Positions 10,334 to 20,823 of a stretch of DNA of 64,000 nt are shown in pieces; the first letter of the stretch is position 1; each line of letters opens with the position of its first letter. This DNA comes from Methanothrix sp. (lineage in GTDB: Archaea > Halobacteriota > Methanosarcinia > Methanotrichales > Methanotrichaceae): contig JBAXWY010000003.1 of assembly GCA_037128175.1 (NCBI GenBank), positions 1 to 64,000 of the forward strand. The letters run 5' to 3'. A program made the translations under genes and the position numbers. The notes under the pieces are model-generated. The model was not told the DNA's origin. It saw nothing but the letters and a program-made list of their open reading frames with translations, and made no database searches.

Positions 10334-10381
10334 AGACTTGCGAAGAGGGCCCGAAAATGGGGGCCCATTCATTCCTTATCC

Positions 10382-10807
10382 ATGGGCAAATTTTATAAAA
10401 TAATGGGAGTGGTTATCGTCCTGTTCATCCTTTTAACATTGCTAGCAGCGCCCGGCTTTGGCCAGGAGACCAAGACGGCGTACACCAGGGATGGTATTCA
10501 ATATGTTAGCAAGGAACGGGTGGACGAAAACATAAGATATGAATACGCGAAGCCTGGCGATTATAGGGAAGTGCAGGTCCCCCTCAATACAATAGTAGTA
10601 GGCGCATCCGCCATTCCGGAAAATATATCCCTGCCGGAAGAGAAAAAGGAGCCTGTAATAGAGGAGAATTCGCCACCAAAATCCAACCTGAATGCGCCAT
10701 CTTCGGAAAATAAATATCCTTATGCATCACTTTTCATAGGACTGCTGGCAATTGGCGGGCTGGTTTTCTTTGTTGCATCCGTTTTTTCTGGGCGGGATAA
10801 GCAATAA
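10382..10807 (+). CDS. hypothetical exported/membrane-anchored protein
   Basis: N-terminal signal peptide and C-terminal TM helix. Confidence 0.7.
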   Translation: MGKFYKIMGVVIVLFILLTLLAAPGFGQETKTAYTRDGIQYVSKERVDENIRYEYAKPGDYREVQVPLNTIVVGASAIPENISLPEEKKEPVIEENSPPKSNLNAPSSENKYPYASLFIGLLAIGGLVFFVASVFSGRDKQ

Positions 10808-10847
10808 CGAAATACAAGTGAAATCATAGCAGGGGAGATTGGCAGGA

Positions 10848-11867
10848 CTAAATCACTGCTCTTTTCACCCGGAAGTCAATGACCACATTGCTTCTGTGGG
10901 GCGCATAGCTTCTCACTATCTCTTTGTAGAGCACATCAACCTGGGCGCCCACCTCCTTAGCCGCCTTTCTTATCAGGGCCTCATCTTTGTAAAGATCCTC
11001 TTCCGAAGCTATGCAGTAGTAATGGACCACCCCCCCCGACCTTGCCGCCCGCATGGCAGGAAGAAGGAATTCAGACGCGCTGTGGGGAAGGTTCATGATC
11101 ACGTGATCGGCCCGGCTCTCGTAATGCCGGGCCAGCTCTGCTGCATCGCCTTCCAGGATCTCGATATTATTTATTTTATTCAAAAGCGCATTCTCTCGCA
11201 GGTATTTCACGGCCACGGGATTTTTGTCCATGGCGATGACGTCTGCCCCCTTTTTGGCCAGGAGCAGGGCAAACGGCCCCACGCCTGCAAACATATCCAG
11301 CACGACATCGCCCGGGCTGACCAGGCCGGCGATGCGAAGCCGTTCCGTGCCCAGACGAGGCGTGAAATAGGCACCTTCCAGGTCCACACGGTAGCGCAGG
11401 CCGTGCTCCCTGTGGAGAGTGACAGTGCCAGCCTCTCCGGCCACGTGCCGGAAGCGGCGGGTGCGAAATTCCCCTTCTACGTCGGAGATGGGGGCAATGA
11501 CCGTCTTTATGCTCTTGCTGGTGGACATGAGGGCAGCGGCCACGCGTTCTGCATCGTTGTCCTCCACCATGGCAATGTCTCCCACCACCTCGAAGCTGGG
11601 CCGAAAGCCCAGGAGATCCTCCGGGCTAGGGATCTTCTCTTCCGGCAGGAAATTGATCACTACCAGTTCAAACTCTGCAATGCTGCGGACACTGGCCGCG
11701 GACTTTTCATCCATCTCCAAAACCGGCAGATAGACATGAGATTCATCTGAGCAAATCTTGCGGTTGCGATCGAAAGCGCCCGTCTCCACCAGAGCTTTGC
11801 GAATTTTCTCACCATTTTTTCGGCTAACCTTCAAACCCAGGGATTTATCCGGCATCTGGGGAGACAA
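10848..11867 (-). CDS. Trm5/Met-10+-family SAM-dependent tRNA methyltransferase
   Basis: YF.PRL.TER, DMFAGVGPF, DKNP.A, VIMNLP and RSYAP motifs. Confidence 0.88.
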   Translation of the reverse strand: MSPQMPDKSLGLKVSRKNGEKIRKALVETGAFDRNRKICSDESHVYLPVLEMDEKSAASVRSIAEFELVVINFLPEEKIPSPEDLLGFRPSFEVVGDIAMVEDNDAERVAAALMSTSKSIKTVIAPISDVEGEFRTRRFRHVAGEAGTVTLHREHGLRYRVDLEGAYFTPRLGTERLRIAGLVSPGDVVLDMFAGVGPFALLLAKKGADVIAMDKNPVAVKYLRENALLNKINNIEILEGDAAELARHYESRADHVIMNLPHSASEFLLPAMRAARSGGVVHYYCIASEEDLYKDEALIRKAAKEVGAQVDVLYKEIVRSYAPHRSNVVIDFRVKRAVI

Positions 11868-11950
11868 AAGGATGCATTCTATTAAATCTGTCTGTCCTGG
11901 CTGGGTCTTTGGAACAAGTACAGCGAGGCCGAAATAAACCTATGTTTTGA

Positions 11951-12042
11951 CTTCGCGGCCTCGCGCCTTCGCGTGAAACCGGAATCGGTTGAATCTCACG
12001 CGAAGCCTTGATTGGCGCAAAGAACGATCAGCCGTTCACAAA
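11951..12042. repeat. CTTCGCG-periodic palindromic element, copy 2
   Basis: 92 nt; reverse complement matches 48740-48831 with 5 mismatches; internal inverted repeat CTTCGCGTGA...TCACGCGAAG. Confidence 0.9.
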
Positions 12043-12142
12043 GTCACATTATCCACTCATAATCCTGGCTCTATTTAGGCCCGGCTGTACTAGGTATGCC
12101 GGAAATAGGTTTATCTCCATTTGAATCCTGCACAAAATCATT

Positions 12143-12415
12143 ATGCTAAAACGCAAAAATGGATTCAAGGCAATATCGGCATCCGAGATATCGCAATATG
12201 TCTACTGCCCTGTATCCTGGTACCTGAAAAGAACCGGAGTGCAGCCGCAATCATCCGGCTTGAAGAGAGGAATCGATGCGCATGAAAAAGCAGGGAGCAG
12301 GCTGATTATTCTGGAGAGGCGGGAGAGGGCAGCGGGCATGTTCCGACTGCTGGGTTATTTCTCTGCGTTAACTGCAATTTTGCTCATTGGATGGGTTTTA
12401 TGGACTTATTTTTAA
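12143..12415 (+). CDS. Cas4/PD-(D/E)XK nuclease N-terminal module with C-terminal TM helix
   Basis: ISASEISQYVYCP..WY....G...G...H is the Cas4/AddB N-terminal motif with the first Fe-S Cys; ends in a hydrophobic helix. Confidence 0.75.
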   Translation: MLKRKNGFKAISASEISQYVYCPVSWYLKRTGVQPQSSGLKRGIDAHEKAGSRLIILERRERAAGMFRLLGYFSALTAILLIGWVLWTYF

Positions 12416-12945
12416 TTTTATTTTTCTTGGTTTTTACGCTCTTGATTTTAGCTGTTGCATTTCAATTGCTCTCAAAGAGGGCATCGTCATCGGCAAAAAC
12501 TATGCGCATGGTTTATGGAATTCCTGCGGGAAAGGTGATCTACTCTGATCTGGACCGCCCAGGAAAGGCCCTGTATTCCAGGAATCTCGGCATCAGCGGC
12601 AAGCCGGATTACATAGTAAAAGGCAGAGGTCGTAGCTTGGTTCCTGTGGAGATCAAAAGCGGTCGAGCCGTGGAGCCCCATAAAAATCACATCATGCAAT
12701 TGGCGGCCTACTGCTACCTGGTGGAAGAGAACTATCGCAGATCAGTGCCCTTTGGGATAATTGTCTATTCCGATGCAAAACAGCATAGAATCAATTTCGA
12801 TAAATACCTGCGCTCCGAATTGCTGGCAACGGTAGACGAGATGAAGAGGACAATAGGACATGATTGTCCCAACAGGAGGCATAACTATAAACAAAAATGC
12901 CGCCACTGTTCATTTAGCGGCAGCTGCAAGAACAGTCTGCTGTAA
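12391..12945 (+). CDS. solo Cas4-like RecB-family nuclease with N-terminal TM helix
   Basis: GKPDY, PVEIKS, QLAAY and C-terminal CxxC.....C; N-terminal hydrophobic helix. Confidence 0.85.
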   Translation: MGFMDLFLILFFLVFTLLILAVAFQLLSKRASSSAKTMRMVYGIPAGKVIYSDLDRPGKALYSRNLGISGKPDYIVKGRGRSLVPVEIKSGRAVEPHKNHIMQLAAYCYLVEENYRRSVPFGIIVYSDAKQHRINFDKYLRSELLATVDEMKRTIGHDCPNRRHNYKQKCRHCSFSGSCKNSLL

Positions 12946-13043
12946 TGAGGAGTTATTTTAGATTTTGATGAAATGGTAGCCATTTCGAGGGGAATCATTA
13001 TAAATTTTGAAACCGCATAAGTTTTGATGGAGAACGGATTGTC

Positions 13044-13829
13044 ATGATACGGCAGTTGGCTTTATTGGTTTTGTCATTGGTTTTGGTTTTCATGCCCGCG
13101 GCTTTCGGGCTGCCTGACGAGGCTGTCGGGCGTGTGGTAAGCGTGATCAGCGGCGATTCGCTGGGCATAGAAATGCAGATCGCCGATGCCAGGACAAACA
13201 ACATCGACAGCATCAAGCTTGCCGATATACAAGCACCCTCAACCGTGACCGCAGAAGGCAAAGCCGCTCAAAAATATGCACTTTCTTTGCTCAAGAACAA
13301 GATGGTATATCTGGATATCAATGACAACACCACCGGCACACGAAACGAATGGAGCCAGCTTATCTGTGTCATTTATCTTATGGATTCGGAATATCGCCCC
13401 ATCTGGCCGCCCCTTAACAGAATCCTTGTGGACGGCGGCTATGCCAGGCTCATTGAGACCAAGAATTGTGAATTCAATTCATCTGCCTGGTGGCAGCCTC
13501 CTCCGGTCTTCCCGCCGGGTGAAAAGAGAGACCGGCTATTGGCTCTGCTGGAAGGAAGGCCTCAACCAGAACAGGTGACCTTTGTCGAGCCGTCTTCCTC
13601 TCCATCCAGTGTGGTAAAAGGCAGTTCCACGTCCAGTGTGGTAAAGGACAATTTCACATCCAGTGTGGTAAAAGGCAATTCCACATCCGATGTGGTAAAG
13701 GACAATTCCACGTCCCTTATTGTACCGATCAGCTCCAAATCCGGTGTGGTAGAACGCAATTCAAGGTCGGGAAGCATTTTGGAGAAGGACAAGGCATCCG
13801 GGCGCGTCAGCATCGGGTATCGCACCTGA
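13044..13829 (+). CDS. secreted thermonuclease (SNase)-like protein with Ser-rich repeat tail
   Basis: Signal peptide; VVSVISGDS, IKLADIQAP and NRILVDGGYA resemble the SNase fold, with catalytic positions apparently degenerate. Confidence 0.7.
   Translation: MIRQLALLVLSLVLVFMPAAFGLPDEAVGRVVSVISGDSLGIEMQIADARTNNIDSIKLADIQAPSTVTAEGKAAQKYALSLLKNKMVYLDINDNTTGTRNEWSQLICVIYLMDSEYRPIWPPLNRILVDGGYARLIETKNCEFNSSAWWQPPPVFPPGEKRDRLLALLEGRPQPEQVTFVEPSSSPSSVVKGSSTSSVVKDNFTSSVVKGNSTSDVVKDNSTSLIVPISSKSGVVERNSRSGSILEKDKASGRVSIGYRT
13605..13712 (+). repeat. 4 x 27-bp intragenic tandem repeat (SSVVKGSST/SSVVKDNFT/SSVVKGNST/SDVVKDNST)
   Basis: Unit TCCAGTGTGGTAAARGRCARTTYCACR read directly from the sequence. 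Confidence 0.9.
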
Positions 13830-14023
13830 GGCGCGGAGAACTATGCGTGCAGATCCTAAATGGCGGAAATAGAAAGTTGGAGGGATCTGAGAGGACAGTC
13901 ATAGATTTAACACGGCTCGGCTTTATACTAATATGATTTAGGACTCCAGGAGCCGACCAATTGGTCAATAATCAATAAGGTCAATTTGATTGCCTGATTT
14001 TTCACTTTCAAGCCCCCGTTGGA

Positions 14024-14992
14024 TCAATCGAACCATCCACCGCGTTTGAAGAACCATAGCTCTACCGTCGTGAGTATTATCATTGATATGACTACGGCAG
14101 TGAAACCATTAGGGTTGGTTAGATAAGGAACACCACCAACGTTCATTCCTAATAGACCTGCAATGATGCCCAAGGGCAGGGTGATTACAGAGAGTATTGT
14201 GAGCATGCGCAGACGTTTGTCGACTCTATCACTGCTCGCCATCTGATAATAAGCATTTAGATCGTTCAAACGGGATTCTAGCCGATATATTCCCCTTTGA
14301 GCAATCTCTGCCTCAGAAACTAAATCCTGAAGGTATGCCTTCTTGTGGAGATCCTGCAAAGTCTTATTGTCTGAGGCGTTCAGACCGGCCACACTATATG
14401 ACTGATTCTCCGTGAGAGAAACCAGGGTATCTATCTGCTGTCGCAAACGTGTGAGATCCGCTGAGGATATTGAACTAGAATCTTCAACCAAGGCTTTTGC
14501 ATTTCTCGCGATCTCATCTCGAACCTCAATCTGCGCCCTGACGTTAAGGTCCGCAAGGTCGTCAAGGATCATGAACAAGATCTGGGGAAGATAACGAATT
14601 GCTGGTGCATTGTCAGCAACCATGCCTCGTATCAGGTCATCGAGCGAAGGCATTGGGCCCGTTCGAATCGTTATTAATACATTAGGTCGCAGGACGAGCC
14701 TCAAATAGCCTGGATCGGACACTAACCGATCAAAAGAGGCCGGGACTTCCACGAGAATCTCGCTTTCGTAGGAAATCACACCTGGAGAGGACTTCTTGCC
14801 TACACAATGATCAAGAACGAGCGGATGCAAACCGAATGGTGTCAGAAATCTACGGAGTTCTTCGGGTTCCGACTCTTCAATGTCAAACCAGGCATAATCA
14901 TATTTGACCTGGTCATCTGTTGTCCATATCGCAGGAACTGGCTTCTCCCGAAGCACTCCCGAATCAAGCACATACCACTTCATCTTGAGCAT
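14024..14992 (-). CDS. CorA-family Mg2+/Co2+ transporter
   Basis: FGLHPL, LTILS.I.LPL..IAG..GMN signature and two C-terminal TMs; start inferred. Confidence 0.88.
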   Translation of the reverse strand: MLKMKWYVLDSGVLREKPVPAIWTTDDQVKYDYAWFDIEESEPEELRRFLTPFGLHPLVLDHCVGKKSSPGVISYESEILVEVPASFDRLVSDPGYLRLVLRPNVLITIRTGPMPSLDDLIRGMVADNAPAIRYLPQILFMILDDLADLNVRAQIEVRDEIARNAKALVEDSSSISSADLTRLRQQIDTLVSLTENQSYSVAGLNASDNKTLQDLHKKAYLQDLVSEAEIAQRGIYRLESRLNDLNAYYQMASSDRVDKRLRMLTILSVITLPLGIIAGLLGMNVGGVPYLTNPNGFTAVVISMIILTTVELWFFKRGGWFD

Positions 14993-15111
14993 ATCCCAAA
15001 ACTCCTGCAACCTATGCGTTCTATGCACCTTTATTTTTGGGATTACGGAGTTATAAAAAGATGGTTGGGCCCTATACCATCCTTTTCATTTAGCTACTGT
15101 CCGGCTTCATT

Positions 15112-16569
15112 TCAGTACTGCCGGGCCATGTAAGTTCTGCCAGTGCTCTTCTTGCCGCAGACCGCACAGGCGGCCTCAGGGAATATTTGGTACTGCGGCT
15201 CGCCCAGCATGTTCGCTTCCACCTGGTTCTCCAACTGATGGCCGCAGTCCACCTCGCCGCACCAGGGCACCAGGGCCACGCCCACCTGCGTCTGTGTTTT
15301 GGCCTGCTCGATGCCAGGGGCCTCTTTTACCTTGCTTTGATTAAACAGGCAGGCCCGGTTGTAGAGTTCCAAATCAAGAAATCTCCCTTCGTCTATTACG
15401 GCATCGACCAGCCCAACCATCGGCACTGTTTTCTTGGCTCCGTCGCGACGGACCAGGGTGACGACTCCATTCTCAATGTCTCTGGGCCCAACCTCCAGAC
15501 GGATAGGCACACCCTTCATCTCCCACTTGTAGAATTTGGCTCCCGGCCGCTCATCGCTGGTATCAAGCTGCACGCGCACGCGGGCAGCAGCAAGCACGCC
15601 CTGCAGCTCCCGGCTGACGGCCAGCACCTTCTCTTTGTCTCCCAGAAGGATGGGCACTATTACTACCTGAATAGGGGCCACGCCCCAGGGCAGGACCAGG
15701 CCTTTCTCGTCTCCATGCACGGATATGAGGGCAGCAATGCAGCGCTCCGATATACCGTAGCAGGTCTGAGAGACCAGCTTCTGCTCGCCGTTCTCTGCCT
15801 CGTAGGTGATCTCGTAGGTCTTGGCGAAGGTCGAGCCCAGGTGGTGCGCCGTGCCCACCTGCAGCGTCTTGCCGTCGGGCATGATCACATCTATGGCCGT
15901 GGTGTAGTCCGCACCGGGGAACTTGTCCCAGCTGGGGCGGCGGCTTACCAGGAAGGGCAAAGCCAGGCGGCGGTAGAACTCCGAGTACCGGAAAATGGCC
16001 ACCTCTACCTGTTCTGCCGCGTCTTCCCAGGTGGCGTGAACGGTGTGCGCCTCCTTGAAGGAGGTGATCTCGCGCAGACGTATGAGCGGCCGGGTGTGCT
16101 TGGTCTCATAACGAAAGGTGTTGACGATCTGGTAAATTCGGAGCGGCAGATCGGCATGCGACCTGATCCAGAGCTTGAACATGGGATAGATGGCCGTCTC
16201 GCTGGTAGGTCGCAGCGCGAGCTTGACTTCCAGGGGCGTTGTCCCGCCAGAGGTCACCCAGTAGACCTCTTCCTCGAAGCCCTTGATGTGCTGCGCCTCC
16301 TTCATGAACTCATTTTCCGGTATCAAGAGGGGAAACTGGGTCTCCTGATGATCTGGATCCAGAAGCTCGCGGATAACTGCGTAGACATTCTTTTTGAGGG
16401 CAAAGCCGAAGGGAAACCAGACGCACATGCCCTTGACGGGATATCGGTTATCGACGATCTCCGCCGTCATGAGCAATTCATGATACCACTCGCTGAAGCT
16501 GTCCTTGCCGGGAAGCTTGGCTTGCTTGTTATCCTTTGCCTTGGATTTAATTGTCTTGGAATCGCTCAT
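15112..16569 (-). CDS. proS: proline--tRNA ligase
   Basis: [35 protein letters not shown] and C-terminal ARQY. Confidence 0.97.
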   Translation of the reverse strand: MSDSKTIKSKAKDNKQAKLPGKDSFSEWYHELLMTAEIVDNRYPVKGMCVWFPFGFALKKNVYAVIRELLDPDHQETQFPLLIPENEFMKEAQHIKGFEEEVYWVTSGGTTPLEVKLALRPTSETAIYPMFKLWIRSHADLPLRIYQIVNTFRYETKHTRPLIRLREITSFKEAHTVHATWEDAAEQVEVAIFRYSEFYRRLALPFLVSRRPSWDKFPGADYTTAIDVIMPDGKTLQVGTAHHLGSTFAKTYEITYEAENGEQKLVSQTCYGISERCIAALISVHGDEKGLVLPWGVAPIQVVIVPILLGDKEKVLAVSRELQGVLAAARVRVQLDTSDERPGAKFYKWEMKGVPIRLEVGPRDIENGVVTLVRRDGAKKTVPMVGLVDAVIDEGRFLDLELYNRACLFNQSKVKEAPGIEQAKTQTQVGVALVPWCGEVDCGHQLENQVEANMLGEPQYQIFPEAACAVCGKKSTGRTYMARQY

Positions 16570-17150
16570 GTAACCACCGATATAGCGATAGGGGTAATAA
16601 AAGTTTCAATGGCCGCGGCCAGGAAGAGCAACGGCGTGACGTAGCGCCAGAGGAAATGAATTGCTATCCGAATCTCGCCGGAAAGGTCGGCCTTCTCTTT
16701 GGCCAGGGTCAGAGCCAGCAGATAGCCCAGCCTAAAGCCGATAGCAATGCAGACCAGGACTACAGGCAGCTCAATGATGCCGTGGGGCAGGATGCCTGCC
16801 GCCAGAAAGAGCAACCCAGCTTTTTGCACGGCCGCGTAGCCCACTATGCCCAGCAGAAATCCGTTGCTGGTAACGACCATCAGGGGAATGAGCCCCAGGC
16901 CCAGGCCCAGCAGCATGGCCATTGCTGACGCCAGGAGATTCTTCAGGAATATTATTACCATTATGAGTATGGGTGGCTGATCCAAAATCCACTTCAGCAT
17001 CTGTAGCTCTTTCGTCCAGTTGGATGCCAGCACCGGATCGAGCGCTGCGGCATAATAACCCATTACAGTCGTAAGCCCGAAGATGAAGGCGGACAGCAAA
17101 ATGAATATGCGAATCGACTTCAGATAGGCCAGATCATCCTTAATTGACAA
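16566..17150 (-). CDS. SpoIIM/DUF95 family membrane protein
   Basis: [17 protein letters not shown] and AA.IE.FITP motifs. Confidence 0.88.
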   Translation of the reverse strand: MSIKDDLAYLKSIRIFILLSAFIFGLTTVMGYYAAALDPVLASNWTKELQMLKWILDQPPILIMVIIFLKNLLASAMAMLLGLGLGLIPLMVVTSNGFLLGIVGYAAVQKAGLLFLAAGILPHGIIELPVVLVCIAIGFRLGYLLALTLAKEKADLSGEIRIAIHFLWRYVTPLLFLAAAIETFITPIAISVVT

Positions 17151-17202
17151 GCTTTATCTCCCCTTCAACCTCGCCCGGCCTTTATTTAAGGGTGGCGCGG
17201 CT

Positions 17203-17817
17203 TTACGATAGTGAAGTGCTCAGGAAATAGATGCCAAAGCATACTAAAAAGCCGCCGCATATCCCCAGGATTCGTCTATAACTCTTCTCGGAGAGGATGC
17301 TGCGTCCCCGATCCAGGCTGATCGAGACCAGGGTGTACCATCCGAAGTCCGCCATCCAGTGACCGATCAAGAAGACGGCGGCTATGATTACTCCCGAATG
17401 CAGTCCGGAGAGCACCAGGGCGCTGCCGATGGAGAGCCACCAGATCCAGAAGTAGGGATTGGCCGCGCTGGTGATAATTCCCGCCAGGTAGGCATTGCCT
17501 ATTATCTGCCCCTCCGGCACGGCCAGTGTGGCGCTGCGGCTCCCCGACACAGTCATAAATCCAAAGATAATAAGGGCCAGACCCCCCACCAGAGCGATAG
17601 CACGGGAATACCCTTGCATGGCATCGGCCAGCCCGCCGATGATGAGGAGAAATATCAGGGTCTCAACCAGAGCGTGGCCTGCTGCCACCTTGGGGCCTGC
17701 CGTCCAGCCGTCTTTGAGGGAGGAGTTGACGGTGGCGACCAGCGTCGGCCCGGGGGCCAGCGCGCCCGTAAGGCCGATGGTAAAGGCCATGAACAGCATC
17801 TGCAGGATCTCGTACAT
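17203..17817 (-). CDS. LysE family translocator
   Basis: GALAPGP, GHALVE and NPYFWIWW motifs; multiple TMs. Confidence 0.88.
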   Translation of the reverse strand: MYEILQMLFMAFTIGLTGALAPGPTLVATVNSSLKDGWTAGPKVAAGHALVETLIFLLIIGGLADAMQGYSRAIALVGGLALIIFGFMTVSGSRSATLAVPEGQIIGNAYLAGIITSAANPYFWIWWLSIGSALVLSGLHSGVIIAAVFLIGHWMADFGWYTLVSISLDRGRSILSEKSYRRILGICGGFLVCFGIYFLSTSLS

Positions 17818-17908
17818 CTATCTCCCCTTTGCCAGATTTCCAGACAAAATAAGCCTTTGCCCAAAGAAATAATGCTCGAAAGAATTAGACCGCCGAAAAC
17901 AGACGAAA

Positions 17909-17981
17909 TGGACAGGTCGGGATTTGAACCCGAGGCCTCTACCATGCCAAGGTAGCGATCTTCCAGCTGATCTACCTGCCC
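17909..17981 (-). tRNA. tRNA-Ala(GGC)
   Basis: GGGCAGG/CCTGTCC acceptor stem with G3:U70; CTACC-TTGGCAT-GGTAG anticodon arm; GGTTCAAATCC T-loop. Confidence 0.95.
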
Positions 17982-18315
17982 AACAGCACTGAAGGTAAGT
18001 CGTACCCCATTTAAACATGTCGGTTGGTGGGTGGCAGATGGGCCATCCTTGTCTTCGCCTTTCCCCATTCTTCCCACAGGAAAAGCTGTATCATGCTTTT
18101 ATTGGCCATCGGGCAGGAGAAGAATAGCCAGATTGGCCAGAAGAGTCGATCCGGGTTTCCGATGAGATTAATTCATGACATGGGGCCGAAATCCATTTTT
18201 ATATGGCAGGAATGGGCTGTTTCTATTCTGCGGGCATGGTGCGCGGAAAGCCGCGAAAATGCTCAGCCCAGATCCTAAGAGTTATATCCACCTTGCCAAA
18301 ATAGTGGTGACTATC

Positions 18316-18846
18316 ATGAAACATTTGTCACTGATAGCACTCTTGTTCATCCTTTCTGCAGGCAGCAGCGAAGAGACCATGTATCTCTATGGCGGCAGCG
18401 ATGCCTACGGCCAGGGATTGAGCTATCCCGATTACAGCAGTCCGCTCTCCCTTGCCTCCTTTGTGGCCGGCAACAACACCACCGCCATATCACCGGTATT
18501 CCTGATCGCCACGGTCTTCCGGCCAGAGTTCAGGTTTATGAACCAGAACGGCTCCGGCTATTATCATCCCATCCAGCCCCTCTGGGATCAGTTCACGTTT
18601 TATCTGCCATTTCTCAGCATGCAAGACGGGTTTTCCGGCAGCTACGTTCGCATTGTTCCCTCCGGCAAGGATTTCCTGAAGGAGAACTGGAAACCGGCTG
18701 CTTCGAACTATGACACTTCAACGATAAGGCAGTTTATGCAGGAAGACGGCTATCGGGAAGGCGTCGAGCAGCACAACGATCCGGACCGCATGGAACTGAA
18801 TCATTTCCTGGATGATGATGAGCCGCCTGGAAGGCCACTATTATGA
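18316..18846 (+). CDS. hypothetical exported protein
   Basis: GGTGA SD followed by signal peptide MKHLSLIALLFILSAG. Confidence 0.6.
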   Translation: MKHLSLIALLFILSAGSSEETMYLYGGSDAYGQGLSYPDYSSPLSLASFVAGNNTTAISPVFLIATVFRPEFRFMNQNGSGYYHPIQPLWDQFTFYLPFLSMQDGFSGSYVRIVPSGKDFLKENWKPAASNYDTSTIRQFMQEDGYREGVEQHNDPDRMELNHFLDDDEPPGRPLL

Positions 18847-20250
18847 AATTTCGAACCGCTCCCCTCTCGCAGGAATTACGACATTGCCAATTCCCAAACG
18901 GCTCAGCCCTGCGGCCATAGCCTTTGTCGCATCCGGCTCGCCGTGCACCACAAACACACGTTTTGGCTTCTTCGGGATTGCTGCGATGAAATCGAGAAGC
19001 TCGCCCTCATCCGCATGGGCGCTGTAGCCATCAATTTCCTCCATTCTGGCCCTTACCTCGTACTCTTCGCCGTATATGCGCACCGTCTTGTCTCCCTGCA
19101 AGAGCTTTCGTCCCAGAGTATTCTCCGCCTGATAGCCTACGAAAAGAACTGTGGTCTTAGGATCACCGATATTGCGGCGCAGGTGATGCAGCACTCTTCC
19201 ACCCTCGCACATACCCGAAGCGCTGATGATTATGGCTGGCTTTCCCAGGTTGTTAAGCGCCTTTGACTCCTCCGTACTGCGGGTGTACTTGAGCATATCA
19301 AAGCCAAAGGGGTCCTTCCCCCCATCTTGCAACAACAGCTTCTCTGTTTCCTCATCATAGCACTCGGGATGCTGCCGGAAGATCTCGGTGACATTGGTTG
19401 CCAGAGGGCTGTCCACGTAGACCGGCATTGAGGGGATTTGTTTTGATTCCATCAATTCGTGCAGATGATAGACCACGTCCTGTGTTCTCCCTACGGCAAA
19501 TGCGGGAATTATTAGGAGGCCGCCTCTATGCGCCGTCTCGCTTACAATTCTTGCCAGCTTTTCTTTGGCCTCACTCAAAGGACCGTGATTACGGCCGCCA
19601 TAAGTCGATTCCGTGATGAGAACATCCGCCCGGCTAATAGTATCCGGATCTCGTACTACGGCGGCACCGTTTCTTCCCAGATCACCGGTGAAAGCAAGCG
19701 TTGTCACCTTCTTTTCCTCTTGCCCCTCGGTAATCTCCAGCGTAACCGTTGCCGAGCCAAGAATGTGTCCCGCATCCCTGAAGGTGAGTTTTATGCCGGG
19801 AAGGATCTCAAGTTGTCGACCGTATTCTAAGGTTTGAAAGAGACGAAGTGTTGTCGTAACATCATGTACTGTGTATAGCGGCTTGATAAAAGGCAATCCT
19901 TTCTCTGCATTTAGCTTATTTACATATTTTGTGTCCATCTCCTGAAGGGAGGCAGAGTCGCGCAGCATGGCACTGCACAGGTCGCGCGTCGCTGATGTCG
20001 AGAAAATGCTGTTGTCAAAACCCAAGTTTACCAGCATGGGCAATTTGCCGCTGTGGTCAAGATGGGCATGAGACAACACCATCGCATCGATGCTCTTAAC
20101 GTCAAAAGGAAATTCAGAATTTAGCTTCCTGGCTTCCTGCCGTTTGCCCTGCACCATTCCGCAGTCCAACAACACACGATGCCCATTTGCCTCAACCAGA
20201 TGCATCGAGCCGGTTACGGCCTGGGCGGCTCCAAAGAATTGCAATATCAA
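18841..20250 (-). CDS. MBL-fold beta-CASP ribonuclease (COG1236)
   Basis: LSHAHLDHSG, AGHILGS, ESTYG, PAFAVGRTQ, SGMCEGGR, SAHAD and VHGE. Confidence 0.92.
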   Translation of the reverse strand: MILQFFGAAQAVTGSMHLVEANGHRVLLDCGMVQGKRQEARKLNSEFPFDVKSIDAMVLSHAHLDHSGKLPMLVNLGFDNSIFSTSATRDLCSAMLRDSASLQEMDTKYVNKLNAEKGLPFIKPLYTVHDVTTTLRLFQTLEYGRQLEILPGIKLTFRDAGHILGSATVTLEITEGQEEKKVTTLAFTGDLGRNGAAVVRDPDTISRADVLITESTYGGRNHGPLSEAKEKLARIVSETAHRGGLLIIPAFAVGRTQDVVYHLHELMESKQIPSMPVYVDSPLATNVTEIFRQHPECYDEETEKLLLQDGGKDPFGFDMLKYTRSTEESKALNNLGKPAIIISASGMCEGGRVLHHLRRNIGDPKTTVLFVGYQAENTLGRKLLQGDKTVRIYGEEYEVRARMEEIDGYSAHADEGELLDFIAAIPKKPKRVFVVHGEPDATKAMAAGLSRLGIGNVVIPARGERFEIS

Positions 20251-20360
20251 TTTAAACCACCATTTCTAAAATTTTTAGCTTGCTTAAGATAAATATCCTC
20301 TGTCAAGAAACTATTTAATGTTTGGCAGACCAATTTAAGTCAGTTGGAATGGTGTTGATT

Positions 20361-20732
20361 ATGATTCATCCCGAGCGCGTATTCTCCTTCAAGGAGCTGG
20401 AAAGCGAGGACGATCTGGTAGAGGCCATGATCAACCATAAGTGGCCTATATGTTACGGCTTCTACTTTGGAAATCTGCTCTACCTGGGTGACGCAGATAA
20501 CGAGGATAAACCCGAGTACGCTGTCATGACGATCGATAAAACACAAGGCCACCATGGCGTTCATGGCCGCGAGGTAGGAAGGATTAAACCTACGGGAATG
20601 TCCGCAGAACAGGTCCATAAGTTCATCCAGGAGATGGCGGCAGGCCACTACAGCAGCGAAAATCCCGTCCAAATTGAGGCCCAGCCCATATGGCACCATA
20701 GCTGCCAGTTCTGCCGGCTGGAAGAGGAATAG
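20361..20732 (+). CDS. hypothetical protein (C-terminal HHSCQFC, possible metal site)
   Basis: Clean ORF between convergent/divergent neighbours; no family recognised. Confidence 0.65.
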   Translation: MIHPERVFSFKELESEDDLVEAMINHKWPICYGFYFGNLLYLGDADNEDKPEYAVMTIDKTQGHHGVHGREVGRIKPTGMSAEQVHKFIQEMAAGHYSSENPVQIEAQPIWHHSCQFCRLEEE

Positions 20733-20823
20733 ACAAGCATCTACATAAAATTAATATAATGGTATTCTGTATAACAATTATTCAAATAGCATTCGGATTG
20801 GTTGGGAAGCACGGAGGGATTTG

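Noticed and set aside
11900-13900. CRISPR array near the Cas4-like genes
   Set aside because: No repeat-spacer structure. The 27-bp repeats at 13605-13712 are contiguous, in-frame coding repeats, and the CTTCGCG element is a single palindrome.
15187-16644. 485-aa ORF antisense to proS
   Set aside because: Shadow frame of a GC-rich conserved gene; no recognisable motifs.
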